Shown here in pieces: positions 1 through 13,785 of a stretch of 64,000 nucleotides of DNA. The stretch's first letter is position 1. Every line of letters begins with the position of its first letter. Below the pieces are notes generated by a model, which made no database searches, had not been told where the DNA came from, and worked only from the letters and a program-made list of their open reading frames with translations. Source of the DNA: an uncultured Methanobacteriaceae archaeon (lineage in GTDB: Archaea > Methanobacteriota > Methanobacteria > Methanobacteriales > Methanobacteriaceae); contig CAVRCP010000051.1 of assembly GCA_963719565.1 (NCBI GenBank), forward strand, positions 803,790-867,789. Direction: 5' to 3'. Made by a program: the position numbers and the translations under genes.

Positions 1-37
1 TTTAGGTATATCTAGGGGAATAAATGGGGTATGCCTT

Positions 38-256
38 ATGGGAGAAACACCTGGTTACTTCATTGATGCAGATGCATCCAAGGCGGTTTTGAAAACATTA
101 ATTAAAATAGTTAAATTAGAAGTGGATGTTGGAAAATTAGAAGAAAGAGCAGAAGAAACACGTAAAATGATATCCAAAGCTCAGCAAATGGAACAAGAAA
201 TGTCTGAGAGAATGCATATCAGCCCTGGAGATGAAGATCTGCGATACATTGGCTAA
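38..256 (+). CDS. hypothetical small protein (72 aa), charged, coiled-coil-like
   Basis: ORF track only. No recognisable domain; sits just upstream of the EndoQ gene. Confidence 0.3.
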   Translation: MGETPGYFIDADASKAVLKTLIKIVKLEVDVGKLEERAEETRKMISKAQQMEQEMSERMHISPGDEDLRYIG

Positions 257-411
257 AAATTTGAATTCAAATTTTCACTTCTATATTTAAATGAATTAGT
301 TTAATAATAAATTAAATCATTTAAATTTTTTTTTAAAAATTTTATTTTACTAGATAATTTTTGTTTAATAATTCTTCATGTAATCATTAAAATTACACTG
401 ATATAAAAAAA

Positions 412-1641
412 ATGATAATCAACGCTGATTTACACATTCACGGTAAATATTCTATTGCAACTTCTAAGAATATGATTCCAAACGTAATAGCGGAACAGGC
501 AAAACTTAAAGGATTAGATTTAGTAGGAACTGGGGATGTATTACATTCTAAATGGCTTCAAATTCTGGATGAAAGTATTGAAGAAATACAGAATGGCATA
601 TTCTCCATTAAGAATGAAACGAAAGAAGGAGTAAATGATTACGCTAAATTTATTTTAACTGTGGAAGTGGAGGATGTAAAAAGAGTGCATCATTTGATGA
701 TTTTACCTTCTTTTGAGGCAGCATATGGAGTTAGGGAAGATTTACATGGAAACTTAGACGTTGATGGTAGACCTAAGGTACGTATGAATGGTGAGGAAAT
801 AATAGACATAGCACATTATCATAACTGTCTTTTAGGACCTTCTCATGCATTTACACCATGGACAAGCATATATAAGGAATACGATAGTATATATGATTGT
901 TACACTAAAAAACCTGATTTTCTAGAATTAGGGCTTTCAGCCGACAGTGACATGGCAGATCATATAAACGAACTTCAAAACATCCCTTTTTTATCTAATT
1001 CTGATGCTCATTCTCCATGGCCACATAGGCTAGGTAGGGAGTTCAACGCAATAGAAGTTAAAGAATTAACTTTTAAAGACGTTGCAAAGAGCATTTCACA
1101 TAACAAAATAGAAGCCAATTATGGCTTCGATCCAAGACTAGGTAAATATCATAAAACAGCATGCATAAAATGTTATAAAGTATTTGACATCGAAGAAGCA
1201 TTAAAAAATCGGATGAAATGTCCGTGTGGTGGAACAATTAAAAAGGGTGTAGATTATAGAATAAATGAACTTTCTACGTGGACTGAACCTCATCATCCTC
1301 CATACAGACCACCTTATATTCATATACTTCCTTTAGCTGACATTATAAGTTTAGTACATGATAAGGGCGTTACTACTGTTCTTGTACAGAAAATTTGGAG
1401 AGAACTGGTGCAAAAATTTGGAAATGAAATATCAACCTTAATTTACGCTCCCTTAGAGGAGCTTGAGAAATTAGATCCCCTACTTAGCCCAGTGATCGAA
1501 GGCTTCCGTAATGATACTTTACAAATACAATCCGGCGGCGGGGGAAGATACGGTAAAATTATCTTTGAACATGATTGTAACACCACCGATGTAGATCCTG
1601 ATGACCCAAATAATACATTAGACAATTATTTTGAGAAATAA
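412..1641 (+). CDS. Endonuclease Q (EndoQ), PHP-domain nuclease with C-terminal zinc ribbon
   Basis: N-terminal PHP motif DLHIHGKYS. Conserved [47 protein letters not shown] and DPRLGKYH blocks. Zinc ribbon C..C...CPCGG. Final GGGGRYG motif. These match the EndoQ family as known from Pyrococcus. Confidence 0.75.
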   Translation: MIINADLHIHGKYSIATSKNMIPNVIAEQAKLKGLDLVGTGDVLHSKWLQILDESIEEIQNGIFSIKNETKEGVNDYAKFILTVEVEDVKRVHHLMILPSFEAAYGVREDLHGNLDVDGRPKVRMNGEEIIDIAHYHNCLLGPSHAFTPWTSIYKEYDSIYDCYTKKPDFLELGLSADSDMADHINELQNIPFLSNSDAHSPWPHRLGREFNAIEVKELTFKDVAKSISHNKIEANYGFDPRLGKYHKTACIKCYKVFDIEEALKNRMKCPCGGTIKKGVDYRINELSTWTEPHHPPYRPPYIHILPLADIISLVHDKGVTTVLVQKIWRELVQKFGNEISTLIYAPLEELEKLDPLLSPVIEGFRNDTLQIQSGGGGRYGKIIFEHDCNTTDVDPDDPNNTLDNYFEK

Positions 1642-1777
1642 CATTCAATTCCAAATCAGGTGTAAATTAATATTTTGATTTTTTTAAAAAAGAGGATTAA
1701 TTTCTCATTTTGAATATTAGAAAAGATAAGAAAAGTTTAATAAAAATTTATTATCGATTACTATTACTTTTTAATCA

Positions 1778-2040
1778 TCACTTTCAACCACACAATTCTA
1801 TATCCGCTAAAATAGCCTGCATTACATCATATTCCTGCATTTTCGGCTCTTCGATGAATTTAACTCCTTTAGCATTTAGATCCTTATGTTGCATTCATAT
1901 CATCTGTTAGCAAAAACTATATTAGTGAATCCGCCCACAGAAACACCTTCGTGACCAAGATACGTTAGCAAGGGTGAGGGCAGTTTCAACCGCCTGGTGG
2001 CTTTATCTCAACCCAGCGATAACCGTCGCCCATTTCAATA
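1778..2040 (-). pseudogene. decayed VOC/glyoxalase-family gene remnant in three frame-broken pieces
   Basis: The minus strand reads EMGDGYRWVEIKPPGG*, then ETALTLANVSW..*, then MQHKDLNAKGVKFIEEPKMQEYDVMQAILADIELCG*. The last piece carries the typical glyoxalase C-terminal motif (KGVxFIEEPK...DPDGNxIEL-like). This explains a local GC-rich island in otherwise AT-rich DNA. The plus-strand ORF 1710..1910 is spurious. Confidence 0.4.
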
Positions 2041-2237
2041 TCTGCTTTCTTTTCAAAACAAGTTTATCCAAAGAAATCTAATGATTTATCCTGATCTTTA
2101 ACCATACACCTGTTAGTCGAATTTTTTTTAATCATCGAACAATACTCTCCATTAAAGTAATTCATTTCGGATGGATCAATTATTTATTTTAGAGATTAAA
2201 AATTCTATCTTAGAATAATTCTAAAAATTAACAGGAA

Positions 2238-2456
2238 GTGATTATGGTGAATATTAAAGCCACAGTGGGAATATGCAGAGAAACCCTAAAGGATGAAGAT
2301 AAATTGGTCGTAATACCTAAGGATCCTGAAGAATTTAAAAATAATGAGTTAGTAATTATAGTATCTGCTCGAGATTTCATTAATTTTTCTGAAGAAGCAG
2401 GTAATGTAATAAAGTTTATTAGGGGCATTAAGGATATGGAGATAAATGAGAAATAG
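2238..2456 (+). CDS. hypothetical small protein (~70 aa); probable true start at ATG 2244
   Basis: ORF with an AGGAAGTGA Shine-Dalgarno-like motif upstream of the GTG/ATG start. No recognisable domain. Confidence 0.4.
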   Translation: MIMVNIKATVGICRETLKDEDKLVVIPKDPEEFKNNELVIIVSARDFINFSEEAGNVIKFIRGIKDMEINEK

Positions 2457-2555
2457 ATATTTATAATCAAAATAAAATTATCTATTAAAAAAATAGAATA
2501 ATGGTATGAGTATAAATATTATTTATTTAGAATAAAAGTGCAGGTGAATGATAAA

Positions 2556-2684
2556 ATGGCATTTAGTTTGAATATTCCTTATGCTAACGTAATTTTCGCA
2601 GTAATTATTATGGGATTCATAGTAATTACTATAATCATGCAATTTTTAGGCAAAGACTTCTCTTGGCATAAGGAATTAGATTAA
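2556..2684 (+). CDS. small hydrophobic membrane peptide (42 aa), not in the ORF track
   Basis: AGGTGA SD 8 nt upstream of the ATG. Sequence MAFSLNIPYANVIFAVIIMGFIVITIIMQFLGKDFSWHKELD has one predicted TM helix. Confidence 0.35.
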   Translation: MAFSLNIPYANVIFAVIIMGFIVITIIMQFLGKDFSWHKELD

Positions 2685-2768
2685 AAATAAAAATAATTTA
2701 TAAAAAATTTTTGTTTTGAATTTTTTACATATTTATTTTAAGTATCTTAAGGGATTTATCAAATTTTT

Positions 2769-2847
<79 letters not shown>

Positions 2848-2888
2848 TAATGTGTCAAATTATTTTTTATCCTAAAAAAAGTATATTT

Positions 2889-2965
<77 letters not shown>

Positions 2966-3002
2966 GCATGATTAAATATTAATAACTAAAAAATTATTTT
3001 TT

Positions 3003-3731
3003 TTACATATAGGCAGGTGATTCCTGTCCGCCTTGCTCTCCTTGGACAGTATTTGCCAACTCTTTTAACCTAGATTCGATTTCTTCAGCTTCTTTTATGA
3101 GTGGCTCTGCATTAATGTTTATATTTAACATCTTATTTAAAACATCAACTAAACTGGCAGCTGCCCTTGGATCTGGGTATTGGTTTAATACTTCAGCGAA
3201 GAGACAAGATGCTGGAATATCCTTAATTTTACTTCTTGTTAAAAGAGTGCCAGAGAGGCCATTCACATTGCCAAATGGAAGTACGGGTATCTCCATATTT
3301 CCTAGGTTTTTTAATTCTTCTTCAGAATTTGCTGCACCAGCTACTCCACCTGTTTTCTCTCTCACTACTATACTATTAAAGGTTATGATTTCTTTACTGT
3401 TATTTTTTCCTGCCCATTCAACAATGGCGTTAGCCATATCATAAGCTACTGCAGGCGGTATTATGAAATCAGATAAGAATAACACTATTCCTTCGGTGCT
3501 GTATATTCTGAATGGATGGATTGCCATGCCTTTGTAAAGTACAGCTAGTGGAGGGAAGTATTTGGAGTCTATATATCCAATTTGCTTCATGTTAAGCTCT
3601 TCTACTAGTAGCCAACCTAAAATATTACCAATTAAACCTAGTTCAGGTGATCCTTCGAGAATCACAGCATCTTTCACGTCTTCAGAAATTATTTTACAAC
3701 ATTCTACTTCTGTTTCAACCATTTTAACCAT
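3003..3731 (-). CDS. PAC2-family proteasome assembly chaperone-like protein
   Basis: 242 aa with an overall pattern typical of the archaeal PAC2 (COG1938) family ([11 protein letters not shown]...). Family recalled from memory, not searched. Confidence 0.55.
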   Translation of the reverse strand: MVKMVETEVECCKIISEDVKDAVILEGSPELGLIGNILGWLLVEELNMKQIGYIDSKYFPPLAVLYKGMAIHPFRIYSTEGIVLFLSDFIIPPAVAYDMANAIVEWAGKNNSKEIITFNSIVVREKTGGVAGAANSEEELKNLGNMEIPVLPFGNVNGLSGTLLTRSKIKDIPASCLFAEVLNQYPDPRAAASLVDVLNKMLNININAEPLIKEAEEIESRLKELANTVQGEQGGQESPAYM

Positions 3732-3937
3732 TAAGGTGCACCCCCTGCGCCACCAATATTTTTACCAGTATTCTGGTCTATGTAGATTTCTCCGACAATT
3801 TTATTGTTTAAGATAATGGGTACCACATAGATCCGTTTACCACTTAAGTTTTTCAATTCTGGTGTACCTGCTTCTTCTTCTGGTTCTTCTATATATTTCT
3901 GTGCTAATGATTTAGCTTCTTCTGGTAATATGCTCAC
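3731..3937 (-). CDS. hypothetical small protein (68 aa), translationally coupled to the PAC2 gene
   Basis: ATGG overlap with the downstream gene start. No recognisable domain. Confidence 0.35.
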   Translation of the reverse strand: MSILPEEAKSLAQKYIEEPEEEAGTPELKNLSGKRIYVVPIILNNKIVGEIYIDQNTGKNIGGAGGAP

Positions 3938-4619
3938 ATTATTACTTCCATTTGCTCGTTCTTGAACGGATGGTGTTATGCTTCATTTGGAGATGATCCT
4001 TGATTAGTAACTATGCTTTGATTATTAAAAATTAATTGTTGTGAAGATCCAGAATTTTTGGATGTAACTTGATATCCTGCAGCAACGGTACATATGAGGA
4101 TTACTAGCATTAAAGATAACGTATTTTACTATTAACCCCAACTAACTCAACCATAACTTTTTTATCATTTCATTCTTCTAAATTTTTTTGATCATAAAAA
4201 AAAAATTCTGAAAAATTTAAATACATTAAATTTTTTTTTTAGACTTGAAGATAATCGATGATAAATTGTTTTCTTACATTATGAATTATGGTCAAAATAG
4301 TTTATAAAATTACCTAAATAATAATTTAGAGTTTATCACTGATATCCTATGGTATAATAATTTTAAATCTATTTATATTTCTTTAATATAGTCTAAAAGC
4401 TAAGAAATTTTAAATGCATCCTTAATACTCATTATTAAGTTGATTTTTTTTTAATACAATATTTCTAGATGAATTAAAATGCACAATATTCTCTTTAACA
4501 ATGGAAAATTTTATTTAAGTATTTCATAGTATATAAAATTTTCATTTTATCTTCTAAAGAAAAGCTTATAATTATATATTAATCAATTGAAATACTGATG
4601 TTCATTATAAAAACATGAG

Positions 4620-5846
<1,227 letters not shown>

Positions 5847-5855
5847 GGGAATAAT

Positions 5856-6326
<471 letters not shown>

Positions 6327-6332
6327 AAGCAA

Positions 6333-7121
<789 letters not shown>

Positions 7122-7134
7122 GAGGTTGTAAAAA

Positions 7135-8019
7135 ATGGTATTAGGAAAATACAAACAGATAACTCTAGGAAGATCAACCGACAAACAGATCCAAAAAATT
7201 TCACAAGATGGTGGAATAGCTACTGCTCTTTTATGTTTCGCTCTTGATGAGAAAATCATAGACGGAGCTGTAGTAGCTGGACCTTCAGATGAAATGTGGA
7301 AACCAATGCCAACCGTGGCACTCTCATCAGATGAAATCATGGCTGCAGCAGGTACTAAATATACTCTAAGCCCTAATAACTGGATGCTTAAGCAAGCAGT
7401 TAGACAATACGGGTTAGAGAAAGTTGGTATAGTTACCATTCCTTGTCAGACTATGGGTTTAAGAAAAATGCAGTCCTATCCATTTGGTGTAAGATTCATG
7501 GCTGATAAGATTGCACTAGATATTGGAATATGCTGTACTGAAAACTTCCCATTCGAATCACTGAGGACATTTATTTCAGCTAAGGCTGGTGTAGATTTCG
7601 ATTTAGTTGAGAAGATGGATATTGGTAAAGGAAAATTCTGGGTGTACACTCAGGATGATGTAATAAACTTCCCTATCAAAGAAACGCACGGATACGAGCA
7701 AAATGGATGTAAAGTTTGTCTTGACCTGGTTTCAGAAATGTCAGATATATCAACAGGATCAATAGGTGCTCCTGATGATTGGTCAGCAGTTCAGGTTAGA
7801 ACAGATATTGGTGAAACTATATTCAAACAAGCAGTTGATACTGGTGCTATTGAACTTAAACCAATTGATGAAGGCAAATTCGGTCTTGAAATGCTCACCA
7901 GACTAGCTAAATCTAAGAAAGAGAAAGCAATGAAGGTCATTGACGAGCGGAAAGCTATGGGATTACCAGTTCCATACAAAGCCAGCAGCGAAAAAGAAGA
8001 TCCATTAGCCAATGTGTAA
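7135..8019 (+). CDS. frhB: F420-reducing hydrogenase beta subunit (FAD/F420-binding, Fe-S)
   Basis: 294 aa FrhB/FdhB/FpoF-family sequence; last gene of the frhADGB operon. Confidence 0.85.
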   Translation: MVLGKYKQITLGRSTDKQIQKISQDGGIATALLCFALDEKIIDGAVVAGPSDEMWKPMPTVALSSDEIMAAAGTKYTLSPNNWMLKQAVRQYGLEKVGIVTIPCQTMGLRKMQSYPFGVRFMADKIALDIGICCTENFPFESLRTFISAKAGVDFDLVEKMDIGKGKFWVYTQDDVINFPIKETHGYEQNGCKVCLDLVSEMSDISTGSIGAPDDWSAVQVRTDIGETIFKQAVDTGAIELKPIDEGKFGLEMLTRLAKSKKEKAMKVIDERKAMGLPVPYKASSEKEDPLANV

Positions 8020-8021
8020 AT

Positions 8022-8068
8022 AAAGGGATTATTAATCCCTTAATTTCTATTTTTTTGTTTTTTTTTAA
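8022..8068. terminator. bidirectional intrinsic terminator between convergent frhB and map
   Basis: Perfect hairpin AAGGGATTA-TTAATCCCTT followed by a long oligo-T tract (TTTCTATTTTTTTGTTTTTTTTT). Archaeal termination uses T-tracts. Confidence 0.45.
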
Positions 8069-8112
8069 TTCTAAAAAAATTCCCTATTTTAAAAAAAAGT
8101 TTCTTAATTTTT

Positions 8113-9039
8113 TTATTCAGTTATAATTTGACAGCCATCAGGTTCAACAATAACAGTATGTTCTGCCTGAGCCACTCGAGCATCACTTACCTCCCTAAGA
8201 ACATGATATGGGTACAGTGCACGGGAAGATACTAGTTGTTTCATCGCAAGGTTGAATTGCCTGCCCTTAAAACCTTTATGAACCCATCTCTCAGCGAAGG
8301 GTAAATTCCTATAATTCTGCTCAATATTATCTAATAATTTCCTAGCCTGAATCATTCTCAAAGGCCGATCCCGCAGGAAACGGAAGATATAAGCTTCTTT
8401 CATATCGGTAACTCTTCCCACACCACTAGTTACAAAAGGTTCAATAGCTAATACATCACCTTCCCTTACTTTATGCTTATTTTCTCCTTTAACATTAGGA
8501 ATCGACAGTCCCGAATGTAAAATCCATCGATCCATACTATGCCCTGTCAGATTGGAAACAGGATTCAAATTTTTAGCAGTAACAGTATCCTCCACTACCT
8601 CACCAATTTTCTCCAATGTAATACCATCTTTTACGATGCTTATCACATTTTCAAGAGCCTCCTGTGCAGTTTCAATTAATTTGAATTGAAACTCCATCTC
8701 CACTTCAGACGGTAAAACATCTGAATCTTCACCAACCAGGACAGTAACTGCAGAATCAGCGATGTAACCATCTACATGAGCTCCTAAGTCAATTTTAACC
8801 AAATCACCAATTTGGAGGATGGATTCATCCGTAGGATGCGGGGTGTAATGGGCTGTAATATTGTTAATAGAAACATTACAGGGAAATGCTGGTTCACCTC
8901 CTCGTCTTCGTATTTCTTCTTCTACAAACTCTACCAGTTCTAGAACTTTTAATTCTCCTTTAACTTTATCAACAGCCATTGCCCTTACTTTTGACACAAT
9001 TTTACCAGATTTTTCATACATTTCAATCATATTAATCAC
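8113..9039 (-). CDS. map: methionine aminopeptidase, type 2 (archaeal)
   Basis: 308 aa with the pita-bread fold metal ligands pattern (D..D..H..E..E context) typical of archaeal MetAP. Confidence 0.8.
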   Translation of the reverse strand: MINMIEMYEKSGKIVSKVRAMAVDKVKGELKVLELVEFVEEEIRRRGGEPAFPCNVSINNITAHYTPHPTDESILQIGDLVKIDLGAHVDGYIADSAVTVLVGEDSDVLPSEVEMEFQFKLIETAQEALENVISIVKDGITLEKIGEVVEDTVTAKNLNPVSNLTGHSMDRWILHSGLSIPNVKGENKHKVREGDVLAIEPFVTSGVGRVTDMKEAYIFRFLRDRPLRMIQARKLLDNIEQNYRNLPFAERWVHKGFKGRQFNLAMKQLVSSRALYPYHVLREVSDARVAQAEHTVIVEPDGCQIITE

Positions 9040-9329
9040 TTAAGAAACCGAATAGACCTTCATTTTGATGTTTTTAAATCAAAATAATTAATTAAAAAAT
9101 TATTCGAGAAATTTTTTTTTATGGCCCTGAATTATAATAAATAAATTAGATTATATGTTTCCACAGCTATATTATAAGTATTCATCATATGAATAAATAA
9201 TAGTCATACTATGCCATTAACTTTGAATTTACGGGTTAAATTAATTTTTAATCAAAAACGGGCATGTACGAATGGACTGAATAATTTTATATATTAGCTA
9301 GGATAATATAATTAAAGGGGGAGTAAACA

Positions 9330-9794
9330 ATGGCTGATGTAGTTACAATTCCACAAAATTTATTTTATATAATAATAGCCCTCGTGGCCGTGCTAGGTCT
9401 TATAGTTGCACTTATGCAGTGGAGAAGAGTTAGAGAATCTCAAAGCAACGTTATGTTTCTTGAAAAACAGGCTGAACTTAGAAAAATTGAATTGGTAGAG
9501 AAGGACTTGGAATCTAAACGAGTGCTTGAGAATGTTATTCCATTACCTAAAGAACAGCAAGAAAGGTTATCAGATATTCGTAAAACAACAACTGAATTCA
9601 TGCATAAAGCAGGTTATCTTAACAGCGAAATAAATGAGAGGGTAACTCTTTTAGAAACCCGTACAGAGTATTTAAAACTTCAGAAATTACTGAATGACAT
9701 AGAAATGAAGGAAAAAGAACTGGATAAAAGAACTAAGAAATCTGGGGGATCAGATGATGTTCAAGCTGTTAAAGGAATTAAAGGTGGTAAGTAA
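9330..9794 (+). CDS. hypothetical membrane-anchored coiled-coil protein
   Basis: N-terminal TM helix ([16 protein letters not shown]) followed by charged heptad-like sequence. Confidence 0.4.
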   Translation: MADVVTIPQNLFYIIIALVAVLGLIVALMQWRRVRESQSNVMFLEKQAELRKIELVEKDLESKRVLENVIPLPKEQQERLSDIRKTTTEFMHKAGYLNSEINERVTLLETRTEYLKLQKLLNDIEMKEKELDKRTKKSGGSDDVQAVKGIKGGK

Positions 9795-9797
9795 TTA

Positions 9798-10373
9798 ATG
9801 ACTGCTTTAGAACTCTTTGCAATACTAGTTTTAGCTGGTGCAATATTAATTTTACTTTATTACTATCTCCAGGATATTGGATTTTCTTTAAGTAGTATTA
9901 GAGGTGATGGTAACGGAAGTAGGAGAATAGGAGTTACTGATAGTGTATCTGGCCTGAGTGATAAGATTAAAGAGACTGGCACTAAAGTAAAAGAAACCAG
10001 TGCAAAAGCTACTGGGACTGGTGCTAAAACGGTGGAGGGTGGTAGTATGGCCGGAATGAGCGAAAGAATGGCTGGAATGAGCGAAAGGATAAAAGGTAAA
10101 GTTAAAGAAGTGCCTATAAGTACAGATCTTCTATCAAACAGAATAGAATCATTTTTAGATGAGCAAAGTGACCAACTCATAAAAGACTGGGATTTAGCCA
10201 CGAAATCAGATTTGACTCATTTGGAGAAAAGATACAGTAAAGTTAGTCGGGATGTTGATGAATTAGAGAAGCGGTTCAATGAATATCGTGGATACACTAA
10301 TAAAAAAATTGAACACATCGATAAAAGACTTAAGAGACTGGAAAATCCAGATGAAGAAGGATCTGGAGAATAA
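9798..10373 (+). CDS. hypothetical membrane-anchored coiled-coil protein with internal MAGMSER repeat
   Basis: N-terminal TM helix, tandem MAGMSERMAGMSER, coiled-coil C-terminus. Overlaps the preceding ORF stop by 4 nt, which suggests an operon. Confidence 0.4.
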   Translation: MTALELFAILVLAGAILILLYYYLQDIGFSLSSIRGDGNGSRRIGVTDSVSGLSDKIKETGTKVKETSAKATGTGAKTVEGGSMAGMSERMAGMSERIKGKVKEVPISTDLLSNRIESFLDEQSDQLIKDWDLATKSDLTHLEKRYSKVSRDVDELEKRFNEYRGYTNKKIEHIDKRLKRLENPDEEGSGE

Positions 10374-10540
10374 TTAATTTTATACTAATTTTTTTTAAGA
10401 ATTTATTTTAAAATTATTATAAGTTTGTTTATAAATTTATCAGATCTAAATGTGTATATCATTTTTTTTAAGTAAAAACAAATAATACTCTTTCAAAATC
10501 TAACTTTAAACTAAATAGGATGAATAAACTAATGCAAATC

Positions 10541-10548
10541 TTTATATA
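10541..10548 (+). promoter_or_regulatory. archaeal TATA box (TTTATATA) for the tRNA-Met/RNase P RNA unit
   Basis: TTTATATA lies about 26-33 nt upstream of the tRNA 5' end, with a purine-rich BRE-like stretch just upstream. Confidence 0.45.
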
Positions 10549-10572
10549 CTCTAAAAGCTAACAGTGATAGTA

Positions 10573-10648
<76 letters not shown>

Positions 10649-10666
10649 TTCATATACTTTTTTAGT

Positions 10667-10990
<324 letters not shown>

Positions 10991-11071
10991 CCCATTTTAT
11001 TTATTTTAACTATGATGGTTACCGAGAAAAAACTAAATTTTGTATCATAATAGGAACGTCTAAAAAAAAAT

Positions 11072-11632
11072 TTATTTCATTTTAAATATTATGAACGATT
11101 GGTTAATCAGAAAATCAAATTTTTCCGATGGATAAAAACCAGCTTTCTCCAACTTGTCTATTAAAACTTCTTCAGGAACATAATGACCTGAAATTCCAAT
11201 AAAAGAAAATCCTTTCTTATTATAATCTATTATTGCTAATTTACCATCAGGCTTCAGGAATTGTTTTATATTTTTAAAGTAATCAACAGGTTCGGGCAAA
11301 TGATGAAATACATTCCTTAAAAAGAGCATATCAACTTTTTCGGGTAAGAATAATCCGTTTTCATTTGCAAGTACAGTTTTTATGTTGTTTATTCTTTCTT
11401 TTTTTGATTTATCTATAAAATCTAAGGATTTTTGATTAGTGTCAATTGCGTAAACCTTACCTTTTGTACCCACTTTTTTTGAAAATTCAAGAGTAAAATA
11501 TCCGCCACCAGCACCTATATCTCCAATAATATCTTCATTGTGTATATTCAGTTCTTTTAAAATTTCTGCAGGCTTACTTTCATGTGCAGCTGCTCTTTTA
11601 TTTAACATATTAAATCTAAAGTTTTCAAACAT
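11072..11632 (-). CDS. class I SAM-dependent methyltransferase
   Basis: Motif I DIGAGGGYFTLEF; 186 aa Rossmann-fold MTase pattern. Confidence 0.7.
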   Translation of the reverse strand: MFENFRFNMLNKRAAAHESKPAEILKELNIHNEDIIGDIGAGGGYFTLEFSKKVGTKGKVYAIDTNQKSLDFIDKSKKERINNIKTVLANENGLFLPEKVDMLFLRNVFHHLPEPVDYFKNIKQFLKPDGKLAIIDYNKKGFSFIGISGHYVPEEVLIDKLEKAGFYPSEKFDFLINQSFIIFKMK

Positions 11633-11727
11633 ATTAATTCCTCCTAAATAGGTAATTTTAAAATTTATTTGATAGTGAAAAATTTATAAAAGATACCGCC
11701 AACATAACTGTCTTAAAAAGAAGGTCA

Positions 11728-12025
11728 TTATCTTAGGTGGGATTGAGGATCGGTTTTCTTAGCTAAAACAATTTCCATATTATCCATTCGTGTTTCTTTT
11801 GATTCATTACCTGTATATTCTGAAGATTCGCGAGGTATGAATCGAATAAACTTTACCATGATTCTTAAAATCCTTGAAAATTCGAAGGTGAAATATCCAC
11901 CTCCAGAACCTAAATCAACATATTGTATCTCCATAACTTATATTAGAGTTTTAATGACCATATGGTTTGTTTTTAGAAAATGTAGCTCTTTTATTCAACA
12001 TTCTCAATTTAAATCCTGTAAACAT
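11728..12025 (-). pseudogene. decayed partial duplicate of the adjacent methyltransferase gene
   Basis: Minus-strand frames read MFTGFKLRMLNKRATFSKNKPYGH* (compare MFENFRFNMLNKRAAAHESKP of the intact gene), then in another frame ..VDLGSGGGYFTFEFS.. (compare DIGAGGGYFTLEFS). There is a premature stop, a frameshift, and no C-terminal half. Confidence 0.55.
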
Positions 12026-12029
12026 TATT

Positions 12030-12464
12030 TTATCCCTCCAAAGGAGCATCTGTAAGCACTGTACTCCAATTAACTCCTGATCCTACTTCTGGTGTTACTA
12101 GTAAATTTTTTTCAATCCGCCCCAGATTAGCCAGATTAGCAGCTATTACATGTAAAGAAATAAATGTTTCATCATCTATCGTTTTTGCTTTAGGCATTGG
12201 TAACGCGTTGTATCCCTTCTGTTCTAATAAATTGCATAAATTTGCTGCAATAGTGTTCAATTGTTGATTAGTTTTACAAACTTCAGCATTTTGATTGGTA
12301 TAGCGTAGGGTAATCCCGATGGAGATTGCTCGTGGGTATTCATCAACCAATGATTCATATTGTTTAATTAGATCACTATTTGCATGAGATAAGTCAACAA
12401 TACCTAGAAAATAATCGTCACACTCCTCTTCAACAATTTTTCTTACCGTATATTCACATTTCAT
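12030..12464 (-). CDS. truncated QueG/reductive-dehalogenase-like N-terminal domain protein; possible gene remnant
   Basis: FLGIVDLS...ISIGITLRY...GSGVNWSTVLTDAPLE resembles the QueG N-terminal region up to the conserved GSW..LG.ILTD block. The 2x[4Fe-4S] C-terminal domain is absent, and the ORF ends where the methyltransferase remnant begins. Confidence 0.4.
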   Translation of the reverse strand: MKCEYTVRKIVEEECDDYFLGIVDLSHANSDLIKQYESLVDEYPRAISIGITLRYTNQNAEVCKTNQQLNTIAANLCNLLEQKGYNALPMPKAKTIDDETFISLHVIAANLANLGRIEKNLLVTPEVGSGVNWSTVLTDAPLEG

Positions 12465-12591
12465 AAATAAAATCCCTCCCTAATTCTTTCTTAATTTTAA
12501 AATAGTGGATGAAAATCCACTATTATTAAAAATTTTTAATTTAATCATATCTCCTTTCAAATCAAATCATTCTTTTACCAACCTTTTATAT

Positions 12592-13785
12592 TCACTTGGT
12601 CATAGACCTCCTGAATAATGGTAACGCGATTGCCATAGTAACAACTCCGAAGGCTATTAATATCAGCATATCTGTGAATACATCACTAACACCTGCATTT
12701 AATAACATTATTTTACGCATTGCATCGGCGGCATAGGTTAATGGTATGAAGTGTGAGATATCCTGCATTATCCATGGCATCTGCTGAATAGGGAAGAAAA
12801 CACCTCCTAGGAACATCATGGGAAACATTAAGAGATTCACGATCATAGTCCCGGTTCCCTGATCTCCAGCCATAGATATGGCCATGATTCCAAGTCCAAT
12901 GAAACTGAAGATACCTAAAAGTAGCATGATGAATGTAAGCAGTATACTTCCCTGGATAGTCACACCAAAGATGACAATGGCTAATAGTAGCACTATAATA
13001 GCTTGGATGAAGCCTCTGGTGCATAATGCGGTTGTTTTTCCTAATATTATGGAGAGTTGGTTGACGGGTGCCGAGAGCATTCCGTCAAAGGTACCCATCT
13101 CCTTTTCTTTAGAGATAGCCTCGGGTATACCAGTCATCACCGCCATCATCACGATCATGATCATTAATCCTGGTGCTAAGAAGTTGAAATAGTTCGTTTG
13201 GCCGGGTATCGTGGTTTGTATATTAGGAGTGTACGGGAATACTACTGATTGTGGATTAACAGGTTGATTTGTTTCTTTACTCAATTGTAGAACGTTAGTT
13301 TCAGCTTGTACGCCGTTCAATCCGTTTATGGTATTTGAAGCTACACTCTGAATTTGCGTGGCAACCTGGGGATTACTGTTATCTACATAGATTATGACAT
13401 TAGCAGATTGTCCACGCGTTAAGTTACTAGTGAATCCCTGCGGTATAATGAATGCACCATATATTTTACCCTGGTTAATCGCTGTTTTAGCATCATTGAC
13501 ACTATTAAAATTCTCTAAATTCATGTAACTTGCATTCTTATTCATAGCTTCCAACTGGGCTATGAATTCGTTACTGCTTTGGCCTTGATCGAGATTGACT
13601 AAACCAACAGGCATGTTATGTTGCGTACTACCACTAGGGAAAATGAATCCGGTCATAACCAGGAATATTAAGGGCATAATAAACAAAAACGCAAGTTGTA
13701 TGCGATTACGCCGGAATTCCAGCATATCCTTAGCCATAACATGATAACTGTCCTTTAATATCTTCATTACATCCATAATCCTCAC
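12592..13785 (-). CDS. ABC-2 family transporter permease
   Basis: 397 aa with an N-terminal TM helix, a large extracytoplasmic loop and a C-terminal 5-6 TM bundle. Stop/start overlaps the ATPase gene. Confidence 0.75.
   Translation of the reverse strand: MRIMDVMKILKDSYHVMAKDMLEFRRNRIQLAFLFIMPLIFLVMTGFIFPSGSTQHNMPVGLVNLDQGQSSNEFIAQLEAMNKNASYMNLENFNSVNDAKTAINQGKIYGAFIIPQGFTSNLTRGQSANVIIYVDNSNPQVATQIQSVASNTINGLNGVQAETNVLQLSKETNQPVNPQSVVFPYTPNIQTTIPGQTNYFNFLAPGLMIMIVMMAVMTGIPEAISKEKEMGTFDGMLSAPVNQLSIILGKTTALCTRGFIQAIIVLLLAIVIFGVTIQGSILLTFIMLLLGIFSFIGLGIMAISMAGDQGTGTMIVNLLMFPMMFLGGVFFPIQQMPWIMQDISHFIPLTYAADAMRKIMLLNAGVSDVFTDMLILIAFGVVTMAIALPLFRRSMTK

Noticed and set aside
1710-1910. 66-aa plus-strand ORF
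   Set aside because: It overlaps the decayed VOC/glyoxalase remnant on the opposite strand. It has no RBS and is a low-complexity Leu/Ile/Cys run.
1915-2040. GC-rich island as a possible small ncRNA (C/D box, riboswitch or rRNA fragment)
   Set aside because: No box C/D or riboswitch motifs are present. Minus-strand translation gives recognisable glyoxalase-family peptide fragments, so a pseudogene explains it better.
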